Shown here piece after piece: positions 38,351-52,539 of a DNA stretch of 63,371 nucleotides (position 1 is its first letter; each line of letters starts with the position of its first letter). Under the pieces are notes generated by a model. It was not told the DNA's origin. It was given only the letters and a program-made list of their open reading frames with translations, and searched no databases. The position numbers were made by a program, and so were the translations under genes. The stretch comes from Mizuhopecten yessoensis (lineage: Eukaryota): the NCBI RefSeq assembly GCF_002113885.1, contig NW_018408881.1, positions 1,234,288-1,297,658 on the forward strand, in the 5' to 3' direction.

Positions 38351-39792
38351 TTTGGGCTAACAAGATTTGGTTTGCAAGTATTTTTGGCCTTGGGAGGGAG
38401 TACAGGAAGTATGTCAGTGACCTATATACATAAATAAGTGTACAGCTCAGTCAATAAAAAAATCATTACTGGTGGGAGAGTATGGATTGCTTTGCAATGC
38501 TTTGCCTTAGTAAGCTTTTAGCTTACAGTTCTGGTTAATGGTCATTTTATGCAGAACCTGTTAAAAATTTAAAACCCATACAAATTAAGTATTAAGTGAT
38601 CATGAATACAAATGATAAGTGAAAGTAATTACAAAACCATAAATAGAAATATCAATTAAACATACAATACAGTTAAAACTGTAAGAAAAAAACATGAAAA
38701 GGTACGAATACCAGAATACATGTATATACCCCACATTTTTACTCTAGAATTTTATTGATGTTTAAGTTTTTCAAATTGTACAATTGAAAACATTTTTGTA
38801 GTACAGTCGACTGTGATCTATATTACCAATGCTACAGAGCACCAAATGTGTTATATTTCCCAAGTATGACAGAGAAAAATATAAGGTAGATCAATATGTT
38901 AACGATTTCTTAAACAGAGAAATTGACGTAACTTTTTGAAGAGTTTTAACGAAAAAATACTTCACATTGTGATATTGACATTGTGTTAGCTTTATATGTA
39001 CTGCATGTATTCATCAGCCGGAATCATTCACAGAACGTGTAATTATCTGTAACTATACCTGAGAATCGATGGCATTTACGCTGATACACCGGATATCTCT
39101 CGGGCGATTACTGACCTTGTCCGCCGTTTGTGTGTCAATGTTATCCGACACTTCTGATCGATAAGTAAATACCTAAACGTCATTGATACAAACAAGTTTT
39201 TCCTCTTTCATTCTAAAATTACCAGATAATTTATTTTTTGTCATTTTGAAAAAAATGATGAAAAAAAATGTCAGCTTTTTTTTTCGCGTTTGAAAATTCA
39301 CAAATTCCTGAAGATGTGTTTGTATATAGTGTTTTGTTCATTCAATAATGGGTTGTTTTATTTCTGTCAAATAAGTTTAAAATTCTGTTCTTTTGTACTA
39401 CTTAATAATTTGTACTGTCATGATGGGGTGGGTTTTTCAGTACATTGAGTGTCTTGGTACAGTATATGTAGATAGTAGATGGACATATATACCAATTATA
39501 AGTACATACATCAGTATGTATATCAGAGCATGAACCAGCCATGGTTTTGTTTACATAGAAGTATATGTCTTGGTCTTACTTTAAAAAGTTCATTTTGTGT
39601 AGTGTATTGATGTTTATATGTCAAGTTGAACATTCCTAAGCATTGTCCTCTTTGTGTATTGGTATATAACCCTCTGGGGGCCCCCACAATTAGGCGTTCA
39701 GTCAGGCATGACATAAATGCACACAGACTTGGTATAGAAGGTTTGAATGGGGTTCAGCTCTATCCCTGTATACATTTACTTTGAGAGAGGGT

Positions 39793-40253
39793 CAGGTAAC
39801 ATTCAGGTATAATTCTCTGAATCTGTATCTTTTACCTATGTGCACAGGTGTTTTAACGAGTAACACTGCAGCGGGTGTCTGTCATCTTTTAAATACCTGG
39901 GCTATCTCTGTGAATGTCGCACAGGTAACTTGAACAGGTAGGATAGTGATACCTGATTTCACCTGACAAAACTTTACATTCACCTCAGCCCCAAGGGAGA
40001 TTACTCTGTAGTTTTCAAAGTTTGTTATTTTACATGGCTATCCGGTACTACTGATGTGGACGACAGATTAACTCATGCTTTGATGGGCAGTGTAATGGTC
40101 AGCAGTCTAGGTCAACATAGGTACTGGACATATTATACATACATGTACTGACCAGTGGCTGGACTTGGTCGTTAATCATACCTGTCAACTATTTACCTGC
40201 TCACGGAAGTTGTGTCACAGAGAAAGGTGATGATATACCTGGCCGTCCAGGTA
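39793..40253. promoter_or_regulatory. Homotypic CAGGTA/CAGGTG motif cluster, candidate promoter/enhancer of the 40502 exon
   Basis: 12 hits on both strands in ~460 bp of non-repetitive sequence. Confidence 0.55.
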
Positions 40254-40501
40254 TGTTGTTATCCCGAAGATAGGAGCAAGATCTCCGTAGTGGCGATCGG
40301 AATATACACTGGATCTATACAAACCAACAAAGGATGATTATTCTACTGTAGTTAGATACAGATAAGGGAGAATACAGTGCTGTTTGATGATTGAAAGTTT
40401 GGTGTCAGATTCTTATACTGGATTAATTTTCCTGTGTCCGGATTTCTTGACCGGTGGTCAGATTTGGTCCGGTGTTGATACAGTATCACCTGTGTGGCAC
40501 C

Positions 40502-40627
40502 ATGCAGGAATGTATGCTGGAGAGGTCAAGCTCTGCGAGACAGAGACAGCGGTATGAGGACGAGGATGAGAGGGTACCGGTGTACGTACCCTACAACCTG
40601 GCTACGAGTACGGTCACACACACACAG
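40502..40627 (+). CDS. Candidate alternative first coding exon (MQECMLERSSSARQRQRYEDEDERVPVYVPYNLATSTVTHTQ)
   Basis: Kozak-like CACCATGC, locally GC-rich 42 codons, phase-0 donor CAG|GTAGGC, upstream motif cluster. Confidence 0.6.
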
Positions 40628-42664
40628 GTAGGCTGCTTCTCCCACAAGTGTGAACCCCCAAATACCAGATTTATGATAAGGGGTTTGTCAATGATTATAC
40701 CCCTAATTAAACATTATAATAAGAACTGGTGAGTCGTGAAGGAATTACCCTTATAATAAGTATTATTAATTACCCCACCCCACAAAAATATCTTTTCTGA
40801 CCTAAACAAAGCTGTCCATCCAAAAATGTCGAAGTACTTTACAAGTAGTGATATATACACTGGTAGTTCTGTGTAGTTACTGTACCCTGTACTGACAGCC
40901 TTATATATAAACTCTCACATCTGCTGATCAGAATCTCACAGCCATGAAATAAACTCTCATGGGTATGACTAACGTACGTAAGCAATGAATCAATCTATAT
41001 TTACTATAGATTAGACTTGCACAGTCCGACACTCATATATAGCTAATATGCCAGACTTAATCAATTTACTTCAGACACATTTAATAATCTCTATAACAGC
41101 TGGTTATATATTGTCTAAGTATATAGTGCATCACTATATGAAGAAACTGACACAATTTTTTAATGTTCAAGTTTTTGTGAGGGAGGGGAAGTTTTGTTGA
41201 GAGGAGAATAGAGTTCAACTTATGGTCACTGAGCTAAGCAGTCAGAAAGTAGGGGCCTAAGTGCAATTTATGGGGTATGGTATATCTATGATGACAGAAA
41301 GCTAAAAATATATTTTAAAAACAGTGTTTACTTTTGACTTCTGATGTCACAGATATTGAAGTTGTGTATACTTTCTGTCTGTGTTTATCCATTATATTAA
41401 GGCCCAGTCACGAAACAGGTCAGCAACATTTACCTGTAGGTACATCATTCTTCAGGTAATTTACCTGTAATTACTGTCTGAGACCAACAACAACAACAAC
41501 TGGTCAAGGATTTAAGTTAAGCTAAGGGCGTTTTTATATCCACAGCAGAAAGTGTATATTGAAACATTAAATCATTTTCTCAGCGAAATGTACATGTATC
41601 GGTATATGGAACAATTTATGGGCCTATTTGGTGAGTGATTACCAGTCTTGTCTTCCATACAAGTGCATGGTCAGGGTTCAATCTCAATCTCTGAAGATGT
41701 TGTAGCATGGAATTTTCAGAAAGTGTTTCCTTCTGTCTGAAAGACTTCAATCACTAACATAAAAAGAGTATAAAATGGTTTACAGTGTCTGTGCTGCAAT
41801 GTTCAAGTGAGGTGGCACTACAGAAAAGGGATATAGGTACATACATACATATGTGGAGGTATTAACTAGGTGGCACATGACCAGTTATTGTCCTAATTAG
41901 GCTGTTCCTTCAAAATCCTCATATTGTATTGGGTTCATTATTTAATTGTAGATTGTTTATTTCTATGTATTGTTAAGTGTTTTAGAGTTAATTGTTCTTG
42001 CTAGATTATAGGCACTTCGTCACATGTTGTAAAATAATAATCATAAGAATTTATTATTCTCTTACCGGTGAAACATGATAAGTGTTTTTGAATTCTGATT
42101 TCTTGAGCACCTTAAACACACTTAAACATGTAGTATAGATAAGTTGTTAATGAAGACAAATAGTGTATATATTCAAGGTGAATTTTTAGCGTTTCATCAA
42201 GAAGTGCTGGTTTTGGTTTANGGGAGATCTCTACCCCTCCTACAACCCCCCCTCTTTTTGCATGTTCATGTCCCCATGATACCCCTAATTCCCCACTCCC
42301 ACGATCATTCTATTTTCCAGGGTCACAAGCAAGACAAGCAAGTCCTCACCTACACTCCCCTACCATTTTTCCGATTCTTGGTCACCTAACACCTCAAGTT
42401 CCCTCAACCCCTGTGCCCTGGGACTTTCTCCTATTCCGCTTATTATCCAACTTCCTCTCCAGTCCTTGCAAGGTTGTTAAAATCTTATGAGCATAGCAGA
42501 AGACTTTTCATGGCTCGTAAAGGATTAGCAACAGACTGTGATTTTTATACTCTTGGTTCATAAAGATTTGAAATTACAAGGATATTTACCCATACAGATA
42601 AAATAGTTGTATATCTTAGTCCTATTGATATGATAGAGTTTGTAAATAAAGTCATAATGTCAGG

Positions 42665-42771
42665 TAACATTCAACCCCTGAAGACACATTTACCCCTGAA
42701 GACACATTTGAACTCTTCCAATTCAAAGGTTGGAATAGTTAATTATGAAATTTCAGGGGTGAATGAGTTAA
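42665..42771 (-). mobile_element. 91-bp-family TTAA MITE, subfamily 2, with an 18-bp internal duplication
   Basis: ACCCCTGAAGACACATTT x2...AGGGGTGAATGAGTTAA. Confidence 0.8.
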
Positions 42772-44684
42772 CCTTAGGTGTATATTTACATAAAACCTTG
42801 GTTGTTATGGTGATATGGAAATCACACTGGAGGTTTCTTCTTTATCGTATATATATATATGATAATGAGAATGCCCTTGTGCCTGTATCTCCTCAAGGAG
42901 AATTTGATAAATACATTGTCATGTTCTTGTCAGTGTGATACAGACAGGCTTGCATAAAACTGATACTGCCTGGTTTGCTTTGGGTGGACCATATTTTGGC
43001 TCGATCCACATCTGTCAGCTCGCGCCATATCTGCATGTGCATGTATTAGATCTTATTTCAGTGTCGTTAATTATAAATTCTAACATTATTATTATTTATG
43101 AATTGAAATATATGTTAAAAAGGAATATATAATATAGCCATTTCCATAACCTATTCCATATCAACCCTCCGTCGATTTTAGCCCTCGGGCATCTGGCCCC
43201 TCGGGATAATATATACTTAGGATCTCAAGTTGATATGGGGTTTGGAGTTGATGATGGGGGGATATGTTGATGGATCTGCAAATGGTGTCATGAACCAATG
43301 TCAAAATGAATTTAATATTCAAAATGTGGATAAAATACATTCAAATAAGATATCAAATATGATATGTATCTATGGATCATTTTCTGTAATCTACCTTATA
43401 AATCAGAAAATTGAAATTTTCCAAGCATTGATAAACAACAAGCTGTCACCTATAAATTACTGCAGTGATATAACGGATAGTTACCTGGTAGCAGGGTAAT
43501 ATCAGGATATGATAGGAGAGAGATGCATACATTTACAAATTAACTACCTCTGAAAAACATCATAAAATTTCATAAATTTGCATTTACGTCATCGTCATAA
43601 ACTTCTGGGGTTACTGAGTCAAAAGGCACTTTTAGGGAACAGAAGATTGGTCAGGAAAATAATAAAATTATAAGTCATCTATCTTTGTATTTCTCTTAAT
43701 AAATTCTGTGATTGATATACAAAGAGCAGACAAAATAAAGGGAGACCATTACATGTAAACACAATAATTACACATAATCAGGGGAGACAATCTATGCCCT
43801 ATATAGTTATATTTGCAGTATTTTTAACCTTTTTGCATTTTTTGCTGTGAAATTAAACTGCATTTTTCTTACACAACTCCAAGTTAATTAGCCATATAGT
43901 CCTAGTAACCTCAAGATCTGAATTTGTTATCGCAGAAATTGGTATTTTTTCTACATCAGTGCAAGAAAATGGCTTCAAAATCCAGGCTGGATACAGTTAC
44001 AAGGCTGTAATTGATCGCAAAGATTCATTTAACCTACAAATGTGTGTGATGTTATTCCTTAAAAATGCATTAAAATGACATTGTGTCTAAATGTCAATCT
44101 GCACTGAATACATTATCATTGAAATGTACTTGGTTGTCAGGGCTGTTTCCTCTGTATGGCCGTGTGCATATCAGATTTAAAAGTTGTATGGTGACAAAAT
44201 ATTTAAATTTTTAGCATTGAATGACATCAATGACTTAACAAATGGACAGGTGCACAGGCTATGTAGGTTAAAACGAAGTACGCTGAATATCTGATTTGTT
44301 TTTATTGGAAAACAGTGATATGCATTTGTCATTGATAGGAAAATTGTTTGGGCAAAACAGACCAAAAAACCTAAACCTGTTATTGGCGAAATGCATAAGA
44401 ATTTACCTAAAGCATTTGTCACCGACTTACGAACATGACAGCAACATGTAAGATATTTGTGTTATTGTCAACGAAAGGATTGAATACACAATTAAGGTCA
44501 AACGATACAGTGCTACCTTACTGGTAAAAGTTCTCAAGCTGTGGTGTATTACACAAATCATCGACCAGCCTGATTTGTCACTATAAGTCTACAGAATTTA
44601 ACAGAATTTGAACTCATACAAGGTCTACCATTTTACAGTATTATATCTGTTACAAAGCTCAGAGCATTGAAAAGCATTCGATCG

Positions 44685-44820
44685 GGCGGGTTTTCTCCAG
44701 GTACTCCAGTTTCCTCCCACATTTAAGACCCCCCCCCCGTGCACTAACATCCTGGCCAACAGGAGTGATTAATATAAGTTGAAAAAGTTGTTTTATGATT
44801 GTTGTAAAATAAGTAAAGTT
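44685..44820 (+). mobile_element. Truncated SINE, same family as 34315-34500
   Basis: GGGTTTTCTCCAGGTACTCCAGTTTCCTCCCACA..AAGACCC..GAGTGATTAATATAAGTTG. Confidence 0.7.
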
Positions 44821-45893
44821 CAATTTAATTAACTGTCACAATTTCTAGAGTCTTATTAAAGGCAATGAACTTTCACAAATTCTAGAGGGTTAGACAATAT
44901 TTAACTTTCACAAGATTACGGGGTAAGAGAATTCACATCACTTGAACTGTGTCACAAGAACTAAACCATTTGACATAAATGAAAGGTAGAGTGCCATTTA
45001 TGATATTTTATCAGTCAGATTAGGCCTTGGGCATATTTAACAGTGTTTGAATGTAACATATAGGTGTGATTGGGATGGTTGATATTTGTATTTAATTCCT
45101 GATTTATAAATACAGGTCCTATGAAACACTTGTCAGATATAAATTTTAATTGTCCAATTGTGCCATGGTAAATTGTGGCACATCCGAACAATATATATCT
45201 AATATAATATTATGATGATAATTTTGGGATAATGCAGTAAAAACATGTCTATATATATGTCACTATAGTGCTAATATTTCTGTCTGGAGTAACTCAATAT
45301 TCATTTACGTCATAGTGTTGATTGTTTAATTAAATATTTATTCAGTGATAATTTTGCCGATATACTGTGGATCTTAGCCCTATACTAGCTGAGTTAATTA
45401 AGTATAAAGTATTCAATTCATTTATGACCAACTTATGAAACTGTTTTAATTTTCATCTACACTATAAGTTATTGGACCAACGTTGTTTGGTTGGTCAAAC
45501 TTTATAGTAACATGTGTCCGTGAAGTTTGGAGGTCAGTGATCACCATTCTAGTGCTTGACCGGCCATCACCTTAAGGACATATTGCAACTAAGTTTGTAC
45601 TGGTCAGTGCACGTGTAAGTGACCAGTGACCCATACCAACCTCCGGGCCAAATTAGGCCGATTATCTGTGTGTCCATCAATATCACAGAATCTGTCAGAG
45701 TTCAGACCTTACAGCAGTAGTTGGCAGGAATCTTTAATATCAGTCAGGAATACATAGGTGAGGTACAAGTAATAGATTAATGATAGGATTTGTGCAGAGA
45801 TGTTATGCATAGCTGTCGGCTACAGTCCCTATATGCAGTTGTACAAGACAGAAATGCCGATGGCGGATTTGTGCAGAAATGTAAACAAAATGG

Positions 45894-45941
45894 ATGAATC
45901 ATTGGATGATAAATCCTAAAGTGGTCTCAAAAGATAATACT
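45894..45941 (+). CDS. Candidate short first coding exon (MNHWMINPKVVSKDNT)
   Basis: Phase-0 donor ACT|GTAAGG, with a second donor AG|GTAAAG 5 nt later. Weak. Confidence 0.2.
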
Positions 45942-46335
45942 GTAAGGTAAAGTTGTTAGAATTAAGAAAAAAAAACAAAAAAAAAACAACAACATATTTT
46001 CTTTACTTAAAAGCTAATCACAGCATGCTTCTTATTCAAACAGAAATTGAATGCATTGGATGTTTCACAAAGGGTTTTTGAATGAATTTCCAATATATTT
46101 TGGTATTTTTGTCTACAGTTTAATCTTTAATCCTATATGAGCTTTATGGTTTTCTTTTTCAAAAGAGTTCCAATTTTAGTAAGATCCCGTAAACAAGTTT
46201 CGATTAATGAGAATTACGATTCAAGAACACATTCAAAACACTTAGGTAGTTCTGTGTTCTAACATAATGTTTATTAGAAAGATGAAAGGGAAGCAAGGGG
46301 AAAAAAATCACAGGTATAATAATCTGTCAGGTAAC

Positions 46336-46517
46336 ATACAACCTTAAGTACAGCTGAGGTAAGCATAAGGTAGCATACAGCCTTAAAGTACAGCTGAGGT
46401 AAGCATAAGGTAGCATACAGCCTTAAAGTATAGCTGAGGTAGGCTTAAGGTAGCATACAGCCTTAAAGTACAGCTGAGGTAGGCTTAAGGTAGCATACAG
46501 CCTTAGAGTATAGCTGA
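46336..46517. repeat. 40-bp tandem repeat, ~4.5 units
   Basis: TAGCATACAG recurs at 46371, 46411, 46451 and 46491. Confidence 0.95.
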
Positions 46518-47898
46518 ATTGTATTCACAGTATCCCCTTGTGAATATTATTTGATTTGAATTACACTATATTCAATTACACTTCCTAAAATAGTTTTTGA
46601 AATTGACCCTATAGTTTTCTTACCGTTTATCTGTGCATTAATTTACATGGCTCAATGTCATTGAATAAGGGTTTCAGTAGGCTATTTCGCATTCACAAAA
46701 TATGAGATTCCTAACTGGGTTAAACATACGTACAAGGTATACCCTTGTCGGCATGAAAGAATTAAAGATGAGTTTAAATAAAGCCCAGATTAGGACTTCA
46801 GTATCACGTTACTATGGTATTGTATGGGGATCAGCCTGACAGTCCTGCTGTTTCATAAAGGAGAGGCCTTAAACAGTTTTTTCCTGTTCAATTTAAGTTA
46901 AATTATCTGTATATTTACAATGACTGTTATCAGGTTGTGGGCCTTTTTAGGGTGATAGAACATTTTGAGATCAAGTTTCCAGGAATGTTGCAAGATATAC
47001 CAACAAAAATCATGATTGACTAGGAGCAGTGTGGATAAGCAATGCAACCACCTTTATAATCTAAGGTGTGGGGTAAATGAGCAAGTCAGGAAAAAAGTGG
47101 GGAACAATTTGGAACTCTTTTTCATTGGAGGTGGTAAAACACAAAGAGGGCTGGGATTCTCAACCTTAAAGAAAGTGTTGTTTAATCTCATGCTCAGAGT
47201 ATGATTTTTTCACAATATGTCACTAAAATATATTATTGTTTATATCAGGGTTTTTTTCAATGTAAAAATCCTGCAAGATTTGCTCTAATGCAATATTTAC
47301 ATCAACAGTGAAACAATATTCCTGATAATTTGGCAGTATGCCAAGAGATACAGAATGGGGTCTGTTGTGTATTTCTGTTGTATTTATACCATATTTGGGG
47401 TCAGAGAATTTTTGGACAGTTTCATGGAGTATCTGGATTGGGTTCATCAAAAGTTATTGGAATATTTGTTAAAGTAATGAAGTAAATATCTTTAGGTACA
47501 TCAGATCAGCATGTTTAAGCTATGCTCTATCTATAGTGAAGAATTAATGCCCAGGAAGAATTAATCTTGGTGCTAATTTTGTTAGGTGTTATCAGAAGCT
47601 GTTAGATCACTGTAATTGATGGTGTTAATAAAAATGTACAGCCAAACACAAGATGATCTTAAACATGTAATGTATGGTTAGTCTATCAAAGTCTGTAAAG
47701 AAGGTGACAACATTTAACTGCCATGTTTCATTGACCTCCTTGCACTGTTGGCAGATCTGGACTAATGGCATACTATATATATCAGTGGATAGATTGTCCT
47801 AATGGGTTCAGAAATCACAACTTGTGTCAGTCTGGCCTGTAACTTTTGTTTTATCCTGTCCTAGCTGTTACAAGGTAGTCCCTGTGACCAACCAGTTG

Positions 47899-48237
47899 CA
47901 TAGCTGTCAACCCGCCCTCATTAGGGGGGAGACTCCCTCATTTTGACCAAAAGTTATCAATTAATCTCCCATGAAACTTCCTCATTCAAGTCAAAACTCA
48001 CACAAATTCAAAATCTACATCCTGTGGTCAAGTGATCTCCTAGCTACTGCAGGGTGTGTGTAATGATCATAACAGGTGTGTCTGAATCAAATGAAAGAAA
48101 TTGAGAAAAGAAGTTTCAGTCGTGTTTCACACACTTTCTACCTCATTGTATATGTGGAATGACGGAGATCTCCCTCATTGTATATGTGGAATGAGGGAGA
48201 TCTCCCTCACTGCAGGTTAAAGAGGTTGACACCTTTG
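47899..48237. mobile_element. 339-bp MITE with short TIRs
   Basis: CATAGCTGTCAAC...GTTGACACCTTTG with CAGTTG on both sides; internal GGGAGATCTCCCTCA repeats. Confidence 0.7.
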
Positions 48238-48338
48238 CAGTTGCATCTATAAATACAATATTTTCAGATATTGTGGTTAAAATGGAGGAAATAACATTGT
48301 TTATTATAAATGTCTATGCAAGGAAGGAACATTTTCCT

Positions 48339-48841
48339 TTAAGTATCCCTGTTCCACTGCCAAAAATTGTAACTTAATGCATTTTAAACTTTTTACCTGC
48401 ATAATAAAAGCTTTAGTAAATAGTTTCTTTAAAGAATTTAAAACCAATATCTTTTATGCATAAATAACAAAGATCGATGAAGTGAACAGTAAATATTTGA
48501 CAATATGTTAATTAACAAATGTTTTTTCTGAGAGTGAAATTGCAATGAGGCAGGTGAGAGACTAGGATTTGAACCGTGGACTCCAGATCATGGTTGCCCT
48601 AACTTAACAGTTCTACCTGATCAGTCGAAGTCCCTTGGCCCATCCTGACAACTAGTACACCCTCAACAACATAATAACCCATCACCCCTAAAGTCACATT
48701 TGAACCTTACCATATCAAAGACTGGACAAGTCCAGTTTAAAATTGAGGGGTGAGCGAGTTAATAGGAGGTTACTTTATGTATGAAAACTACAATGGCATT
48801 CTTTAGTATTTTTGTCCCTCCAGTGGGACAGGGATCCTTAA
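48339..48841 (-). mobile_element. Same TTAA family, copy 2 (contains a nested 91-bp-family MITE)
   Basis: TTAAGTATCCCTGTTCCACTGCC...CAGTGGGACAGGGATCCTTAA. Confidence 0.75.
48674..48762 (-). mobile_element. 91-bp-family TTAA MITE, subfamily 1 (nested in another element)
   Basis: Reverse complement of the subfamily 1 core. Confidence 0.8.
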
Positions 48842-49593
48842 TCTGATATTGTCAGGTCGTATAGACAACCTGTACTTATACATTTAAGGGTGGTACGGTC
48901 TGTTGTGTTTGATGGTACAACTATCTATCTTTTGTGTTCAAATAAATCGGCTTAAACTGGAGATGATCTCCTGAAGAATGACATTTGAGATTTGCGTCGG
49001 TGAAGGTTTAAATATATTCAAATAAATTCTTTTGTACCAAGGTCTTAAAAAGTATTTATGAAAGGTTAATTTGACATTAGAACTCGGATATTATATGTTA
49101 AGATGTTTTCTTTCTACAATATCAAACAGTGTTGTTTTTTTTTTATTAGTATCCAGTTACTTTCAGACAAGTTCTATCATTTAAACCTCTCCTGGAGCTG
49201 CTACAAGGGGCACCGTAATTAGTTTGTTAATTGTTTCAAGTACAATTGTCATTTAAGAAGACCACAGGGGCTACTACAAGGGGCATCTGTTAAAGTTATT
49301 CCTTGTTTTAACTGTGCAATCTTTTAAAATCACCCTATGTGCAATTACAAACGGCAGCATAAATGTATTTATCATTTCAACTAGTGCTATCCTTTGAAAC
49401 CAAATCAGGGGCTGCTACAAGGGCCACGATTAGTGTATTGATTATTTTAACTATAGCCAGCAATCTCTTTTTAAGACCACTGTAGGACTACTGCAAGGGG
49501 CACCATTAGTGTAATTTGATTGTTTTAACTTCTATATAAGCTAGCAATAGACCACTACAGGGCTAATACAGGTGACACCAGTAGTGTACCCAT

Positions 49594-49684
49594 TTAACCC
49601 TTTCACCCCTACGCAACTTTAATAGACTCTACCATGCATTGATCCGGATGAGTCCATTTTGGTCTACAGTGTTGAAAGGGCTAA
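49594..49684 (-). mobile_element. 91-bp TTAA MITE, subfamily 3
   Basis: Reverse complement of the 23251 copy. Confidence 0.8.
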
Positions 49685-49947
49685 CTAGACCACTCCATGA
49701 GCTACTGCAATGTGACCATTTGTAAATTCATTGTTTCAAACTCATACTGTCTTTTGGTACCAATCTAGGGGCTGCTGCTAGGGCATCATTGCAAATTGTT
49801 CATTACAAAATTGTTTAACAATTTTGATTAACAGGCCTAGGGGGACTGTTTTATGTGTATTAATTGGTTTAACTAGCTAAGTGCTGTCTTTTGAGACCAC
49901 TTAAAAGTGCTGCTACATTAGGATATCATTGTTGTTTTTTATGGTGT

Positions 49948-50044
49948 TTAACTCATTCACCCCTGGAGTTTCATAATGAATTAACCCCCCCCCCCCCTTT
50001 GAATTGGAAGAGTTCAAATGTGTCTTCAGGGGTGAATGAGTTAA
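49948..50044 (+). mobile_element. 91-bp-family TTAA MITE, subfamily 2 (poly-C expansion)
   Basis: Perfect TTAACTCATTCACCCCTG inverted ends. Confidence 0.85.
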
Positions 50045-50736
50045 CTACAATTTAGTACATATTTATCTTTAAGACCACTCCACAGTAATATTACAAGGGG
50101 CACCATTTGCTTGTTCAATTTTGAGACCTCTCCAAGGACTCCTACATGAAGAGATATTGCCTGCAACAGATGTCAGTACTGTTGAAACTGCGTGTGTCTG
50201 ATATACCTTGTACTGGCCGGTGTATAAATTATTTGTATGAAAAATGGTGCATGAAAAATCTGATGAAAAATATTGATAATAGGAATATGTGTATGTTATA
50301 CAGAGTTTTAGTTATTGATTTGTTATCATTGTTTATGTGGCATCAGGGAAAAAAGTCTGATAGGAGTGTTCATTGAGGAGCATTGTAACAGCGTGAAATG
50401 CCAGTATAATTAAAACTGTCTGCAACATGAAAGCTTACTGACAAAAGAAATGATGGCGTTAGTTTCAATTTCTGTTGATATTGATTGAAATGGATTTGAA
50501 ATATATTCAACAACATATTACTTTCCACCCTTTTTCATCCCTTTCCTTCTTCATCTTGGTTATCCTGCTTCTCTTCAACATTTGTTATTCTTTCCATTCC
50601 TTTTGTCAAACTCCATTTACCATCTTTCTTTTGCTCCCTCTTCATTATCCTTTTTATCTCCCCTTGTTTTCCTTAGCTTAAATTGTCCCTTTCTGAAATT
50701 GTTCTCATATCATACATTGCCATCAGAGTTTCATAT

Positions 50737-50842
50737 CCTCCTTTGTCAACCTTCCCCTCCTTTGTCAACCTTCCCCTCCTTTGTCAACATTCCCCTCCTT
50801 TGTCAACCTTCCCCTCCTTTGTCAACATTCCCCTCCTTTGTC
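50737..50842. repeat. 19-bp tandem repeat (CTTTGTCAACCTTCCCCTC) x~5 within a pyrimidine-rich tract (~50520-51000)
   Basis: Directly visible periodicity. Confidence 0.9.
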
Positions 50843-51945
50843 TTTATCTCCCAGAAACCTTCCCACCTTCCCATCTGTTTTATTCCCCCCCCCCTCTTTG
50901 TCATCTTTCCCTTCGTCTTTGCTGTCCTGTCTTCTTTCCATCCTTCCTCATCTACTGCCCTTTTTAATCCCCTCCTCTTCTTCCTAAGCCTTATTTTACC
51001 CTATAGCTCTATTTGTAACCTCGTCACTCCATGCCTTGTACTATGACAATCTACATGCTGTTTTGCCTTCTGCAAGTTTACTGTCCCATCAGTTGCTATA
51101 GCCTCATGCAAACACGCTAGTCCATTCATGGTTCCCCACCGTCAGTATGTGTGTATTGATACCTGTAGGTACTTGTGTTTAACACTGATGTGAACTCATA
51201 CCTGGTACATGTACAAGTCTGTGTCTATGTTAGTTTAATCAGGTGTAAAACATTGTCCACATATTTTGAATGCCATAGGCGGTATAATGCTACGATGACC
51301 ATTTTAGTCACCTCTTCTTTTACCATAGAAATACACAGTGGATATATGTGCTGTCATCCATGTAACCTCTAGATTTATTATATTACTGAAGAGTGTTACA
51401 CTCTCTTACATCCATTGTTGTTGTTCTGTTGTCAATTGAATGGACCTCAGGTATCTAGACTTTCTATGTATATAAATTATTAGGGTATCAGATTGACCGA
51501 TTTTTTAAAAAAAAATTTTTTAAATATTTCCAAAAAAGGTCTGCTTTCAATTAATTTACAGTAACCATAATGACATTTTCTTACTATTGTTGAATTTAAA
51601 ATCTTTAAAAAAACGAATTTTCAAAATACAATAATACCTAGTTATACTGCCACTATTTGCTCACCAAAAGTTGGGCACTGTAAAGGGGTTTGGCAATATG
51701 TTGAAGGAGATGCATAAAGGAATTGCCTGTTAGTAAGAATAAAAAAAAGAGAAATTAGACCTTGATGTATGTTATTTAGCAGTAAATAAGGTGTCAGATT
51801 TAAGGAAGGTCTTTATATCAAGATTTTATTACAGTATTGTTAATCTGAAGGCCTTATTTTCAAGGTGACATTTGAGTTTACACAGATAATACTGATGTAG
51901 ATTGATCGATCAATTCAGAGGTATTTCTTCTGTAAAAACGAGTTC

Positions 51946-52032
51946 GCTCATTCCCCCTGAAATTTCATAATTAACTATTCCAACCTTTGAATTGGAAGAG
52001 TTCAAATGTGTCTTCAGTGGTGAATAGGTTAA
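51946..52032 (+). mobile_element. 91-bp-family TTAA MITE, subfamily 2
   Basis: CCTTTGAATTGGAAGAGTTCAAATGTGTCTTCAG core. Confidence 0.8.
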
Positions 52033-52539
52033 TCATTCAAATATCACATTTCATAGCTAGGTGACAACATGATTAATGTATTCATGACTTTGCTGACCAT
52101 ACAGGTCCTGGTGTGGACGAGTGGCGTGTGGCGACATGACATTTATACGTATTAAACTGTTCGGCATTCTAATATGTAGATCAGACATCAAGTTGTGTCT
52201 ATTTGTCTAGAGATATATAAATATCTTTGTATTAGTGTTGGAGACTATAGCGTAACTACTAGAAATGATGATAGTATCTTGGTACTTGATCTAGCTTTAT
52301 TAGGTTAGTCGTTTGCGATATCAACCATCAGCAATGTTAGACTGGTGTAATGGGTATAGTGTCCTACTAACATGCAATTAAGATCCAGAATAAGATTCAT
52401 CAGTTTGGTATGAATAAAAAATGCAAAGTTTGTTTTAAACACAAACAGTAGTTGAAAACTTATTTTGTGAGCTTTTGAAAAGGTCTGTTTCCCTTGTCAA
52501 GCAAAGAATACAAAATGGTGTGTAGCGCACTCAGGACGG

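Larger units (their letters stand above)
49185..50140. repeat. Old degenerate ~70-bp tandem repeat (AGACCAC..GGGGCTACTACAAGGGGCACCATT..TTGTTTTAACT), interrupted by two MITEs
   Basis: The core motif recurs roughly ten times. Confidence 0.7.

Noticed and set aside
43120-43260. Imperfect hairpin around GCCCTCGGG..GCCCTCGGG (possible miRNA)
   Set aside because: More like a decayed transposon end. I could not define a miRNA-type stem or element boundaries.
50475-51046. Overlapping hydrophobic, Pro-rich ORFs
   Set aside because: Produced by a pyrimidine tract and the 19-bp repeat.
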